64,000 bases of DNA from an uncultured Planctomycetales bacterium (GTDB taxonomy: Bacteria > Omnitrophota > Gorgyraeia > Gygaellales > Profunditerraquicolaceae): NCBI GenBank assembly GCA_964542785.1, contig CAZIUK010000002.1:49927-113926 (forward strand), written 5' to 3'. The notes under the pieces were generated by a model. The model was not told the origin of the DNA. It saw only the letters and a list, made by a program, of their open reading frames with translations, and searched no databases. Below are positions 41,484 to 51,231 of this stretch, in pieces; position 1 is the first letter of the stretch; each line of letters opens with the position of its first letter. The translations under genes were made by a program, and so were the position numbers.

Positions 41484-42206
41484 TTATTTCCTCTCGCTTG
41501 TAATCTGCTCAAATACCTTATCCCTTAATTTGGCAAAATCTTGCGGGGCAAAAGAAGTTGTCTCTACTGCTGGGAGAATAGTAAGGCTTGCGTTTACCTT
41601 AGACTTAAATATCCAACTCCCCTTAGGTATAGCATCCCTTGTCCCTTTGATGCAAATGGGGAGAATCGGCTTACGCTCCTTTATCGCCAGTTTAAAAGCC
41701 CCATTTTGAAAAACATTCATCTGGTTAGTACCGCTACGCGTCCCTTCAGGGAAAAACAAAACCGACATCCCACTCCTTAACCACTCTGCTGCCTCGCGGT
41801 AAACTTTTTTAATACTAGAGTATTCTCCGCGGGCAAGCTTTATATGGCGGGTTAAACTAAGACACCAACCAATAAAAGGTACCTGGAAGAGACTCTCCTT
41901 TGAAACCCACTTAAACTGCATCCTTGTCTTATAAAGGACGACTATATCGGCGATACTTTCATGGTTGGCGATTACAACATAGGCCCTCTTATGGTCAATA
42001 TTCTCTAAGCCCGCTACCTTTAACTTCCAAAAAGGATTCATCCCGATAACCGCATCTGCCCACCAAAAACACTGACTATGCGCAACCTTTCTTTTCTTGT
42101 CAAAGGGAAAAAGAATAAACCAAAAGAATAATACCGCAAAAAAGAGTATTATTGTAACTATATTATCGTAAAGCCATATTCCTATGGATAAAAAAGTCTT
42201 AAACAT
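41484..42206 (-). CDS. plsC: 1-acyl-sn-glycerol-3-phosphate acyltransferase
   Basis: An N-terminal TM is followed by VIANHESIADIVVL (HxxxxD) and FFPEGTRS, the acyltransferase motifs. Confidence 0.75.
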   Translation of the reverse strand: MFKTFLSIGIWLYDNIVTIILFFAVLFFWFILFPFDKKRKVAHSQCFWWADAVIGMNPFWKLKVAGLENIDHKRAYVVIANHESIADIVVLYKTRMQFKWVSKESLFQVPFIGWCLSLTRHIKLARGEYSSIKKVYREAAEWLRSGMSVLFFPEGTRSGTNQMNVFQNGAFKLAIKERKPILPICIKGTRDAIPKGSWIFKSKVNASLTILPAVETTSFAPQDFAKLRDKVFEQITSERK

Positions 42207-42213
42207 ATAAAGA

Positions 42214-43698
42214 TTAAAATCCGTACCAGTAACTTACCAATGGTTTAGATTCAAGGGAGGTATCTTTTATTATATTCTTCATACGCGTATATTCCAAGAA
42301 CCCTTCACGGCCAAGCTCCTTGCCAAAACCGCTTTGTTTAAATCCTCCATAAGGAAATTGATTATAAAACATCCCATAAGTATTTATCCATACTATTCCG
42401 GCATTGATTTTTTTAGCTGCCTCTTCAGCAATCTTCATATCACGGGTAAAGATAGCGGAGGCAAGAGCAAAATCAGAGTTATTCGCTAAAGATACTGCTT
42501 CCTCAAAACTACTGAAACGCTCAACCAAAGCCACAGGGCCAAATGCCTCTTCTTTAAATGTGCGCATATTAGGCTTAACCCCTTCTAAAATAGTAGGCTC
42601 AAAAAAATACCCATTTTTTAAAGCCGGATCCTGCGGAATTTTGCCTCCGCATAAAACCTTAGCGCCTTCTATCTTAGCCTTTTCAATATAAGCAATAATT
42701 TTTTTCCGTTGGCTATCGCTGATTAAAGGGCCCATTTGAGTCTCATGATTATCAGCCAAGCCTAATTTTATCGCCTTAGCTTTATCTACGAAACTATTTA
42801 TAAATTTATCATATATAGGATTTTGCACAAAGATACGCGACATCGCCGTACACATCTGTCCTTGATTTAAAAATACAGAGCAAAGCACACTATTAACCGC
42901 TGTATCAATATCAACATCATCAAAAATTAAACTTGCGGATTTCCCACCTAATTCCATTAGCAACTTTTTAATATTGGCAGAAGAGTACCGCAATATCTCT
43001 TTACCGACTTCAAGGCTACCGGTAAAAGAGAGCATATCTATTCTTTTATCAGAAGAAAGTAACTCGCCTATACGCGCCCCCGGGGCATTGATAATATTTA
43101 AAGCTCCTTTTGGCAAACCTGCCTCATGGGCAATACTACCTAACTCAAAGGCGGATAATGGCGTTAAGCTTGAAGGTTTTAGAATAACGGTATTGCCAGA
43201 GGCTAAGGCAGAAGCTAATTTCCAAGAAGCAATCAAAAGCGGATAATTCCAAGGGATAATTAAAACTGTTAATCCTAAAGGCTCACGTAATAAATACCCT
43301 TCAGCCTCTTCTGCCGGTACAATAGCCTCCGAAGATAGATATTTTTCAAAATTATTAGCAATATGCTCAAAGGTTTTGGCAGAAGAAGGGACATCCATAA
43401 AAGTAGTCTCTTTAATAGGCTTACCTGTATTTTCAGTTTCAATAGCTGCCAAATCTCCTGCCTTGTCAAGGATACCCTCGGCAATCCTTAAAAGAAGACT
43501 CTTACGCTCTTTAAAAGACATATTAGGCCAACTACCGCTATCAAAGGCATTACGCCCGCTTTCAATAGCTGATTCTATCTCCTTAGAAGAAGCAATTGAG
43601 GCTAAAGCAATAACCTTCCCAGTTGAAGGATTAAGCACATTCTGCTTCTCCTTAGTCTCTATAAACTCTCCGTTTATATAAAGCGGAATCTCTTTCAT
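42214..43698 (-). CDS. NAD(P)-dependent aldehyde dehydrogenase
   Basis: LMELGGKSASLI (catalytic Glu block) and FLNQGQMCTAMSRIFV (catalytic Cys) are present, as is the Rossmann GxGxxG-like FTGSLEVGKEI. Confidence 0.8.
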   Translation of the reverse strand: MKEIPLYINGEFIETKEKQNVLNPSTGKVIALASIASSKEIESAIESGRNAFDSGSWPNMSFKERKSLLLRIAEGILDKAGDLAAIETENTGKPIKETTFMDVPSSAKTFEHIANNFEKYLSSEAIVPAEEAEGYLLREPLGLTVLIIPWNYPLLIASWKLASALASGNTVILKPSSLTPLSAFELGSIAHEAGLPKGALNIINAPGARIGELLSSDKRIDMLSFTGSLEVGKEILRYSSANIKKLLMELGGKSASLIFDDVDIDTAVNSVLCSVFLNQGQMCTAMSRIFVQNPIYDKFINSFVDKAKAIKLGLADNHETQMGPLISDSQRKKIIAYIEKAKIEGAKVLCGGKIPQDPALKNGYFFEPTILEGVKPNMRTFKEEAFGPVALVERFSSFEEAVSLANNSDFALASAIFTRDMKIAEEAAKKINAGIVWINTYGMFYNQFPYGGFKQSGFGKELGREGFLEYTRMKNIIKDTSLESKPLVSYWYGF

Positions 43699-44696
43699 AT
43701 AATCCTTACTTCCTTAAACAACGCAAAAAGCCGGGTAAAAGGAACATACCACTTTGAAAGCTGGCCTAACTGCCCGGATAACTTCATCTTACCCTGAGTT
43801 ACCGCAACAAAGGAATCAAGCTTCCCTAAGAACACCTGCCTCCATACCTCCGGCACAGCAGAGATTACAAAAGGAGCATCGCTATCAAAATCTAATTTCA
43901 CTATTCTACCTTTTTCAAAATTAAACCTGTAGGCATCCTCTTTCCCATCCATTTTAATCGCAAGTTTTACTGTCAAATCAAGCTCTCTTCCTTTTTGCCC
44001 GATAAACTCATCCTTATTTACTAAATCTACGATTGCCTGAATATGCTCTTTAGAGAACATCGGCAAAGCCACATTTTTATTTAAATCCCTCTTTATCTCC
44101 TTATCTAAATCATCAAACAGGCTCTTCTCAAAAATCCTAGCTACCGCAGCAGTCCTTACTGCCTCTTCCAGCGCTTGAATAAGGCTTAAAGAATCTAAAA
44201 AATTATCTCCTATTGCAACAACCCCATGACTCTTTAAAACTACAAGGTTGCTACTCTTTAACGCCTCAATCACCTCTATCGGCTTGGTAACCGTAGGAGT
44301 CTCCTGCTTAATCACAGGGACATCCCCCAAATAAAACTTTGTCTCAAAAGTTAAGGCTTTTAAACTTGAAGTAACAGCAAAATAACCATTAATCAAAGGA
44401 GGATGACAATGGAGCACCTTAGTTGCTTTTAAATTTTTATAGACTAAGCTATGCAAAGGCAGCTCTGAACTTGGCTTAATATCCCCCTTATATCGATTTG
44501 AATTTAATTCTACCCTTACAATATCCTTATACTTTAAATCCCCCAAGGATACGCCAGAGGCAGTAATTAAAATATACCGCCTATCAAGCTTAGCGCTTAT
44601 ATTCCCGGATTTTGCTACTGCTAAACCTGTTTGATATATCCTTCTTCCTACCTCTATAATTTCTCTCTTTAAGTTTTTCTCTCTGCTAAAAAACAT
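43695..44696 (-). CDS. class II (FucA/Ald2-type) aldolase fused to a C-terminal SCP2 sterol-carrier-like domain
   Basis: In the N-terminal ~190 aa, AKSGNISAK, PSSELPLH (catalytic Glu), VLHCHPP and KSHGVVAIG (Zn His ligands) align with L-fuculose-1-P aldolase. The C-terminal ~140 aa has an SCP2-like pattern (GKEDAYRFNFEKGRI...KMKLSGQLGQL). Confidence 0.6.
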   Translation of the reverse strand: MFFSREKNLKREIIEVGRRIYQTGLAVAKSGNISAKLDRRYILITASGVSLGDLKYKDIVRVELNSNRYKGDIKPSSELPLHSLVYKNLKATKVLHCHPPLINGYFAVTSSLKALTFETKFYLGDVPVIKQETPTVTKPIEVIEALKSSNLVVLKSHGVVAIGDNFLDSLSLIQALEEAVRTAAVARIFEKSLFDDLDKEIKRDLNKNVALPMFSKEHIQAIVDLVNKDEFIGQKGRELDLTVKLAIKMDGKEDAYRFNFEKGRIVKLDFDSDAPFVISAVPEVWRQVFLGKLDSFVAVTQGKMKLSGQLGQLSKWYVPFTRLFALFKEVRII

Positions 44697-44708
44697 CTCT
44701 CTTCCCCT

Positions 44709-45641
44709 TTAAAGACTACCGCTAATTTTAAAGTGTATATGCCTTGTAATAAAGTTATTGGGGGTAATATCAAATGCCGGGTAATAACCCTTAGCTCCTT
44801 TTGGCGCAAGCCTTAAACCCCTATACTCTAACATCTCTTTATCCGGCCTAACCTCTATTTTTATATCACTACCACTCTTTACTCCTGATGGCGGCGGGCA
44901 GATAACATAAAAAGGGATATTAAAATGCTTTGCGGCTACGGCAATCTGGTATGTTCCGATTTTATTAGCAATATCCCCGTTTAAAGCTAAGTGGTCAGCT
45001 CCGACAATAACCTTATCAATCAACCCCTTTTGCATAACGTAAGCTACCATATTATCTGTAATCAAGGTAACGTCAAACCCGCCCCTCTTTAATTCCCAGG
45101 CAGTAAGGCGCGACCCCTGCAAATAAGGCCTGGTCTCTGTAGCAAAAAATCTTAAGGTTTTCCCCTGCTTAAGGGCGAGCTTTGCGATTAAAGGCATAAG
45201 CCCACTTATATTACAATGGGTTAAAATTGCCTCTTTATTCTTTAATAACTTTACTACATCTTCTGCCTGTTTTATACGGCTATATTTTAGCCCTTGAAGA
45301 AACTTGAATATATTTTCTTCTAAAGATTCACTGCGCTTCTGCCAGCCTAAAACCATATCGGTTAAATATTTGAAAGAAAGGGTAGGCCTCGTATTATTAA
45401 TAGCTGCGGCAACCTTAAAAAGGTCTCTTGTACCTTTCTTTTTAAGCAATTGAAGGAATATATACATTACCAAAAGAACCTGCCCTACTGCGCGCGTCTT
45501 CATATTCTTAATCGCCTTGCAAGCCTCTTTGTAATTACGCGCTTTTATATAGGCAAGCCTCTGCGGCAGTTTAGTCTCATCAAGAATATAAATAGTACTA
45601 CCCTTTAATTGAACCGGCCAGAATAAAGGAGAAAACTTCAT
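44709..45641 (-). CDS. mtnA: S-methyl-5-thioribose-1-phosphate (5-deoxyribose-1-P) isomerase, eIF-2B alpha/beta/delta family
   Basis: FATETRPYLQGSRLTAWEL and VIVGADHLALNGDIANKIGTYQIAVAAKHFNIPFYV are MtnA signatures. Confidence 0.8.
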   Translation of the reverse strand: MKFSPLFWPVQLKGSTIYILDETKLPQRLAYIKARNYKEACKAIKNMKTRAVGQVLLVMYIFLQLLKKKGTRDLFKVAAAINNTRPTLSFKYLTDMVLGWQKRSESLEENIFKFLQGLKYSRIKQAEDVVKLLKNKEAILTHCNISGLMPLIAKLALKQGKTLRFFATETRPYLQGSRLTAWELKRGGFDVTLITDNMVAYVMQKGLIDKVIVGADHLALNGDIANKIGTYQIAVAAKHFNIPFYVICPPPSGVKSGSDIKIEVRPDKEMLEYRGLRLAPKGAKGYYPAFDITPNNFITRHIHFKISGSL

Positions 45642-45648
45642 AGTATCT

Positions 45649-46422
45649 CTATTTTTCCTCTAATTTTTTAACTGCAGTTAAAGCAATAGTAAGCAAATTA
45701 GCCTCTGCCATATAATAAGCAGGATTCATAAAGCCCATCTCACCGGTAATAACATTATCGCTTACCGCTAAAATTGAACCGGCCTTAATATTATAAGTTT
45801 GCGCAATCGTAAGCAAAGCCGAAGAGACCATATCTACTGCCCTTGCCCCCTCTTTGCGCTTAGCCTCAACTATATGGCGTGTTTCGCGTAATAACGCATC
45901 CGTTGTCCAAGCTACCCCGCGGTGGATATTTAAATCCATCTCTTTAGCTACATTATATAAAGTATCGGCTATTCTTTTGTCGGATAAAGTCTTAAAACTC
46001 TCTTCAACATAATAAGGAGTGACTCCGTCCCCACGGATAACTTCATCTACAACAAAAAGATCCCCTACCTTAATATCTTCATCCAAAGACCCGGCAGTAC
46101 CAATACGGATAATATTCTCTATCCGGGCATTGCACATAACCTCCGTAGTAATAGAGGTATCCGTTGAGAATCTTCCTCCGTTTATCGCCGTAACCCTAAC
46201 CCCTTGATAATTACCGGTAAACATAGAGTATTCCATAAAGGTAAAATTCTTTATCGGATTTTCTAACTTTTTTAATAGCGTCTCAAGTCTGTCTTTTGGT
46301 CCGGGGACTATCGCATATTTGCCTACATCCTGCGGCCTTAACTGCACCATATCCGTCAAATCCTTGCCTGTTAAATGCACCTCTTTTTGCATACGCATAA
46401 GCCTAATCTCCTTATTATACAA
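45649..46422 (-). CDS. PNP/UDP-family nucleoside phosphorylase (DeoD-like; candidate MTA/5'-deoxyadenosine phosphorylase)
   Basis: IVPGPKDR, IIRIGTAGSL and AVDMVSSAL...LAVSDNVITGE align with hexameric DeoD-type phosphorylases. It is adjacent to mtnA. Confidence 0.65.
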   Translation of the reverse strand: MYNKEIRLMRMQKEVHLTGKDLTDMVQLRPQDVGKYAIVPGPKDRLETLLKKLENPIKNFTFMEYSMFTGNYQGVRVTAINGGRFSTDTSITTEVMCNARIENIIRIGTAGSLDEDIKVGDLFVVDEVIRGDGVTPYYVEESFKTLSDKRIADTLYNVAKEMDLNIHRGVAWTTDALLRETRHIVEAKRKEGARAVDMVSSALLTIAQTYNIKAGSILAVSDNVITGEMGFMNPAYYMAEANLLTIALTAVKKLEEK

Positions 46423-47332
46423 ATACCCCTTTCAATACCTCTTCTAAATTATCCCCTAAGATACACTGCTTATCTTCTTTAGGTATATCTAAACTATTAA
46501 TTGCCTGAATACTTAAGGCAAAATCTTTTTTTGCTGGATAATCACTCCCCCATAAAATACGCCTAGCCCCAAAGAGCGATAATGCCGATTGGAAATTAGC
46601 CCGCGTAGTATCTCCTGAAGTATCCACATAGATATTCTTTAAAAAATCTGTTGGGACTCCTTTTAAGTCCTTAACAAAATTAATTGAACGCAGCATCTGA
46701 TAAGTCGTATCAAACCTCCTGGCTAAAAAAGGTAACACTCCGCCAAAATAAGCAAAGATAAACTTTACTTTATATTCGCGTAGAATATCCGCCATTAAAA
46801 GTTTGCCGATACAAATTGTAGTATCAAATACATACTCAACTACCGGCGTAAGCAAAGGGTCCTCCACACGCTCGCTTCCTATGGGTTTTACAATCTGCGA
46901 ATGGACAAAGATAGGAATACCCTTCTTTTGCACTAACTTATAAATACAAAGGAATTGCTCATCATCAAGATAAACCCCGTTATAACTGGTAGCTAAAGAT
47001 ACGGCCTTAAACCCGAGCTCTTCGGTTGCGCGCTTAACTTCAGAGAGCATATCCTCTTTACAGCCAACCGGTAAAATTGCCGCACCAATAAACCTATCCG
47101 AGTATCTTTTAATTATCCTACCTACATTATCATTGAATATACGCGCAACCTCTGATAAACTTTTAAGTTTTAGGTGAGCATCGGATGTAGGATAAGATAA
47201 TACCGCTCTATCAATACCCGCCTCATCCATCATTTTAAGATGAGACTCGATATCCCCCCACCCCTTATGGTAAAAGTGGGCGTTGGTAATTATCTCTTCC
47301 GGTAGCCAATGGCTATGCGCATCAAATAACAT
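46415..47332 (-). CDS. amidohydrolase-2 (ACMSD-like TIM-barrel metal hydrolase)
   Basis: MLFDAHSHW (HxH metal site at the N-terminus), an internal His and ILWGSDYP (C-terminal Asp) follow the PF04909-type pattern. Confidence 0.6.
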   Translation of the reverse strand: MLFDAHSHWLPEEIITNAHFYHKGWGDIESHLKMMDEAGIDRAVLSYPTSDAHLKLKSLSEVARIFNDNVGRIIKRYSDRFIGAAILPVGCKEDMLSEVKRATEELGFKAVSLATSYNGVYLDDEQFLCIYKLVQKKGIPIFVHSQIVKPIGSERVEDPLLTPVVEYVFDTTICIGKLLMADILREYKVKFIFAYFGGVLPFLARRFDTTYQMLRSINFVKDLKGVPTDFLKNIYVDTSGDTTRANFQSALSLFGARRILWGSDYPAKKDFALSIQAINSLDIPKEDKQCILGDNLEEVLKGVFV

Positions 47333-47355
47333 TTCCCTGCTCCTACATATTGCCT

Positions 47356-47748
47356 TTAATGCTCTCTACTCTCTAATATTCGCTGAGTCATCTCCTTTTC
47401 ATAAAGGAGTTTTATCTCTTTTAGCCCCTTGACTCCTAATTCCTTTATAATTGCCTTTTCAAGCGCGCGAAATTTAGCGGTTAAAAAAACATAATCAGGT
47501 CTTACCTTCTTATCCTTAAATTTAAGACTTACTCCCAAAGCCTCCTTCTTAGCAACATACCTCTCGAACTCTTTTATAAAGGAAGATAGATCTTTTATGC
47601 CCTGCGTGCTTTTAAGCTCTTTTAGTATAACCCAGTCAATCTCTACTTGCGTAAACTTACGCTCAATCTTATCTACCTTTTCTTTTAAAGTTTTATAAAA
47701 CCAGATAAGGTAACGTTTTTTTAGGTTTTTAATATCTTCTTTATTCAT
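47356..47748 (-). CDS. hypothetical protein
   Basis: It is an intact 130-aa ORF in an operon context and is Lys/Glu-rich. No motif was recognised. Confidence 0.3.
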   Translation of the reverse strand: MNKEDIKNLKKRYLIWFYKTLKEKVDKIERKFTQVEIDWVILKELKSTQGIKDLSSFIKEFERYVAKKEALGVSLKFKDKKVRPDYVFLTAKFRALEKAIIKELGVKGLKEIKLLYEKEMTQRILESREH

Positions 47749-47775
47749 TCCCTCCCCCTTACATGCTATATACTA

Positions 47776-48552
47776 TCACTCACCCGGATGCTCCTGTTTA
47801 AATGGTATAACCGGCGCAGTCCAGGGGGTCTGCTGATTTATTATGGATATCTCCAATGGGCAAACATTTGCCGGAACAGTTAAAGCAAACTTAAGCGCAT
47901 CTTCTATTGCCTTAGTACTCATCAACCTAGAGGTATCTACGGTTATTTCTTTTAATTTCCCGGTTAAATCAGTATCTGTTACCCCGGGCAAAAGCGAAGT
48001 TACCTTAATACCGTAATCGCGCATCTCCCAAAATAAGCCTTTAAGAAAAGCGCGCAAGCCTACCTTTAAAGAGCTATAAACAATAAAGTTTCTCGGTAAG
48101 GGGTCACAGAGCGTTGACCCTGAAACCATATTTATAATCGCTCCTGACTTGTGCTTCAACATATCATTAATCACTAAACGTATTAAACGCACATAACCTA
48201 AATAATTAGTATAGGCCAAGCGCTCGAAATCTTCTATTGGCTGCTTTGAAAATGGGTATTGACTAGAGACCCCAGCATTATTAATCAAGATATCAATTCT
48301 ACCGAATTTATCTTTAGTTTTATTAACAAGGTTTTCTAAATCCTTAAGGCTTGTTACATCACAAGGTACGGCTAAGGCCTCAATCTTGTGTTTTAAAGAA
48401 ATCTCGTCTGCAGCCTCTTTAAGGGGCCCCTCTTGGCGGGCGGCTATAGCAATGTTTATGCCTAAACTTGCGCAGGTCTCAGCAAGGGCCTTACCTATCC
48501 CCCGACTTGCCCCAGTAATAATAGCTGTCTTTCCTTTTAAATTAACTTCCAT
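47776..48552 (-). CDS. short-chain dehydrogenase/reductase (candidate ketoreductase)
   Basis: TAIITGASRGIGKALAE (TGxxxGxG), NNAG and YSSLKVGLRAF (YxxxK) are present. Confidence 0.8.
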   Translation of the reverse strand: MEVNLKGKTAIITGASRGIGKALAETCASLGINIAIAARQEGPLKEAADEISLKHKIEALAVPCDVTSLKDLENLVNKTKDKFGRIDILINNAGVSSQYPFSKQPIEDFERLAYTNYLGYVRLIRLVINDMLKHKSGAIINMVSGSTLCDPLPRNFIVYSSLKVGLRAFLKGLFWEMRDYGIKVTSLLPGVTDTDLTGKLKEITVDTSRLMSTKAIEDALKFALTVPANVCPLEISIINQQTPWTAPVIPFKQEHPGE

Positions 48553-48564
48553 GTATCCCCCTTT

Positions 48565-49689
48565 TTATAATATTTTAGGTTTTTTGAATTTATCTAAGAA
48601 TAATAAAGATAAAAGCCCTAAACCAAAAAGAATAAACCCTAAGCTAAAACTGCGCGACATAACCAGCCCTCCAAACACCATGCCTATGCCGCCTGAGATA
48701 AAACGGATTCCACTATTTAAGCTTGCTGCTTCATTTAAAAATTCATCCGGTAAATCGGTAAGCATAGTAGCTAACCCTGCGTGGTTAAAGGTCCACCCCA
48801 ACCCCCAAACGCCCATGGTTAAGATAAGCAGGGCTAAAGGGACCTTAAATATTAATAGAATGATACTGATTATCATCAGTAATAATCCTAAATCAACGGT
48901 CTTACTTCGACCTATAGAGTCTGCAAGCGCACCCCCCCACAACTCACCGAATATACCGCTTAAAGAGGTCAAGGTTATCAACATGCTAATAGTAAATTGA
49001 TTAAGCCCAAACTCAGTAGAAAAATATACTCCCAACCACTGCTGTACGGCATGATAGATAAGGCTAATTAAGAAGATGTAGGTTAGTATCCTTAAAACTA
49101 CCCTATCCTTAAAAGCCTTAAAATAATTAAATTTCAATCCTGTTATATCATCTTTAAAACTAGGAAGCTTATAATACATAACTCCCCAGAGGACAAAACC
49201 AAAGAACGCCGGGATAATAAATATCCAACGCCAATAAATTACCCCACTTAAAAAAAGCCCCAAAAGGGAGGCGATAAAAGTAGCGCTAAAAAAAATCCCG
49301 ATATACTTCCCCTTCTTTTCTCTCTCCTGATGCTTACCGATTAGTATAAGCCCAAGGGGTATTACTGAAGCGCCGAACAACCCCATAAAAAACCTCCCTA
49401 AAAAAAGAGAGTATATATTCCAAGATAGAGCTACTAATAAATTAGCAAAAGAAAAAAAGAAGATGCAGGTTAATTCTATCCTACGCGCATCAAACCTACG
49501 CACCAGGGGGCCGTAAAAAAATGCCGCTACTCCGTAGGTAAGCATATAAACCCAGATAATCCTACCGACTAAAAACTGAGAAAGAGCAAACTCGCCCGCT
49601 ATAGAAGGTATGAGCGCTGCGGAGGCTGCGACATTAAAGGAGAGGAGCGCTCCTTCAAGACAGAAGATAAAAAAGGTTGATTTCTTCAA
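48565..49689 (-). CDS. MFS transporter
   Basis: It has 12 predicted TM helices. A GRxxDRxGRR-like loop (RRFDARRIE) follows TM2, and the size is about 370 aa. Confidence 0.7.
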   Translation of the reverse strand: MKKSTFFIFCLEGALLSFNVAASAALIPSIAGEFALSQFLVGRIIWVYMLTYGVAAFFYGPLVRRFDARRIELTCIFFFSFANLLVALSWNIYSLFLGRFFMGLFGASVIPLGLILIGKHQEREKKGKYIGIFFSATFIASLLGLFLSGVIYWRWIFIIPAFFGFVLWGVMYYKLPSFKDDITGLKFNYFKAFKDRVVLRILTYIFLISLIYHAVQQWLGVYFSTEFGLNQFTISMLITLTSLSGIFGELWGGALADSIGRSKTVDLGLLLMIISIILLIFKVPLALLILTMGVWGLGWTFNHAGLATMLTDLPDEFLNEAASLNSGIRFISGGIGMVFGGLVMSRSFSLGFILFGLGLLSLLFLDKFKKPKIL

Positions 49690-50126
49690 GAATTAGCTTC
49701 CTTTTCAATAACTCTTTTAAAAATCTGCAAATTCTCCTTGGAATGCTTATTTATAAACCCCTCTACCTCTTCATCGCTAAACTTTGCTTTGCTATCCATC
49801 TCAAAATGCTGTATCCAGGTAAGCTCTACCCCTTCGGGCCTTAAAGTATAAAGCCAGATAATCTTCATATACTTAAAAGGGAACTTAGGCTCCAGTCTCT
49901 CGGCATAAGCTAAGTGATTATCTTTAAGCAAAAGCCTCCAAGAGACCCAGGTCTTATCCTCATCGTCAGTTAAACGGAAGGTAATCTTATCCCCTTCCTT
50001 GCTTATTATCTCTGCTTTTTTATATTCCGTGCCAAACAACTCTGTCCAACGGAGAATATCATTGGATATATCAAAAACTTTTTCATAAGGCGCATTTATG
50101 ATAATAGAATTGCAAGTATGTCCCAT
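49686..50126 (-). CDS. SRPBCC (Bet v1-like) protein, polyketide cyclase/aromatase-like
   Basis: At 146 aa with the pattern INAPYEKVFDISNDILRWTELF...W..W, it is the size and type of the TcmN/ZhuI-family ARO/CYC enzymes. The call is tentative. Confidence 0.45.
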   Translation of the reverse strand: MGHTCNSIIINAPYEKVFDISNDILRWTELFGTEYKKAEIISKEGDKITFRLTDDEDKTWVSWRLLLKDNHLAYAERLEPKFPFKYMKIIWLYTLRPEGVELTWIQHFEMDSKAKFSDEEVEGFINKHSKENLQIFKRVIEKEANS

Positions 50127-50158
50127 AAGGCTCTCCTTTCTAAATTTTATTTAAAATA

Positions 50159-50959
50159 TTAAATTATCGCAACTACCCTAGACCAGGCAGCCCCGGTTTT
50201 ACGTATCCTTACCGGAAAACAGATAATTTTAAAATTAGTCGCCAACGGTAAAGCTCCTAAGTTGCTTAACCTCTCTATATGAATAAACTCTCTTTTTCTA
50301 CCGTAAAAATGCGCTGGGTAAAATTTATCCGGGTCTTTAGATTCCAAAAATTCCTTTAACATAAACCTATAAGGCCTATCTATGCCCATAGTATCCACGC
50401 CAAAAACCTTAATCCCGTTATCAATAAGAAAGTCTATCGCTGAGGTATCAATCCCGGGATAATCGGTAAAATATTTAGGGCTACCATAAAACCTATCTGC
50501 CCCTGTCCAGATAAGGACAATATCCAAGGGTTTTAAAGTATAACTAATCTTACCTAATGCTTCTTCTAAATCTCCTTTAGTTATCACCTCTGCCGGCTTC
50601 TTATGACGCAAATCTAAGCGTAAGGCATCCCAATAGCAATATTCAAGGGGTATCTCATCGGCTGTTTTAGAAGGCCTGCCTTCGGATTTAGTCCCATAAT
50701 GAAAGGAGTAATCTAAATGCGTCCCCACGTGTACCGGAGAGTGGACTATCTCTAAAGAGAGAAACTCTCCATCAGGAACATCCGAAGTTTTAAGTATTCT
50801 TTTGCCTAAAAGATAGCGAATCTTCCCCTTTAAAGTCTTCCCCATAATTACGCGGTTAAACTTTTTTACCCCCGCCTTATGGGTTATACGTTCAATATCC
50901 ACCTTGTGCACTTCAAAGGCGGTCTCATCAATGGGAAGACTTAAGTCAATTATCTTCAT
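50159..50959 (-). CDS. cyclase-family protein (PF04199 'putative cyclase'/kynurenine-formamidase fold)
   Basis: HSPVHVGTHLDYSFHYG is the HxGTHxDxxxH metal motif of this family. Confidence 0.65.
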   Translation of the reverse strand: MKIIDLSLPIDETAFEVHKVDIERITHKAGVKKFNRVIMGKTLKGKIRYLLGKRILKTSDVPDGEFLSLEIVHSPVHVGTHLDYSFHYGTKSEGRPSKTADEIPLEYCYWDALRLDLRHKKPAEVITKGDLEEALGKISYTLKPLDIVLIWTGADRFYGSPKYFTDYPGIDTSAIDFLIDNGIKVFGVDTMGIDRPYRFMLKEFLESKDPDKFYPAHFYGRKREFIHIERLSNLGALPLATNFKIICFPVRIRKTGAAWSRVVAII

Positions 50960-50962
50960 TAC

Positions 50963-51196
50963 TTAGGATTGTTTAGAGAGTATAACCTTCTCAATATCAT
51001 CAATAGTGGAAAACTTAGTAATCTCTTTTGGAGATAGTTTGATACCAAAGGCCTTCTCCAAGGAAATTATTGACTCTACCATCTCAGTTGAATCAACTCC
51101 AACTGAGTCTTGCAAAGATAAGCCATCTTTGAGCTCTTCGGGTTTTACCTTTAAGAGGTTAATCAAAACTTCTCTAATTTTAGTTTTTGTATCCAT
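50963..51196 (-). CDS. acyl carrier protein
   Basis: The 77-aa protein has SVGVDSTEMVE (phosphopantetheine-attachment DS motif, here DST in place of the canonical DSL) and an acidic helix-II. Confidence 0.7.
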   Translation of the reverse strand: MDTKTKIREVLINLLKVKPEELKDGLSLQDSVGVDSTEMVESIISLEKAFGIKLSPKEITKFSTIDDIEKVILSKQS

Positions 51197-51231
51197 AATG
51201 CGCCTCCATATATTTTAATTTCTAATTAAAA

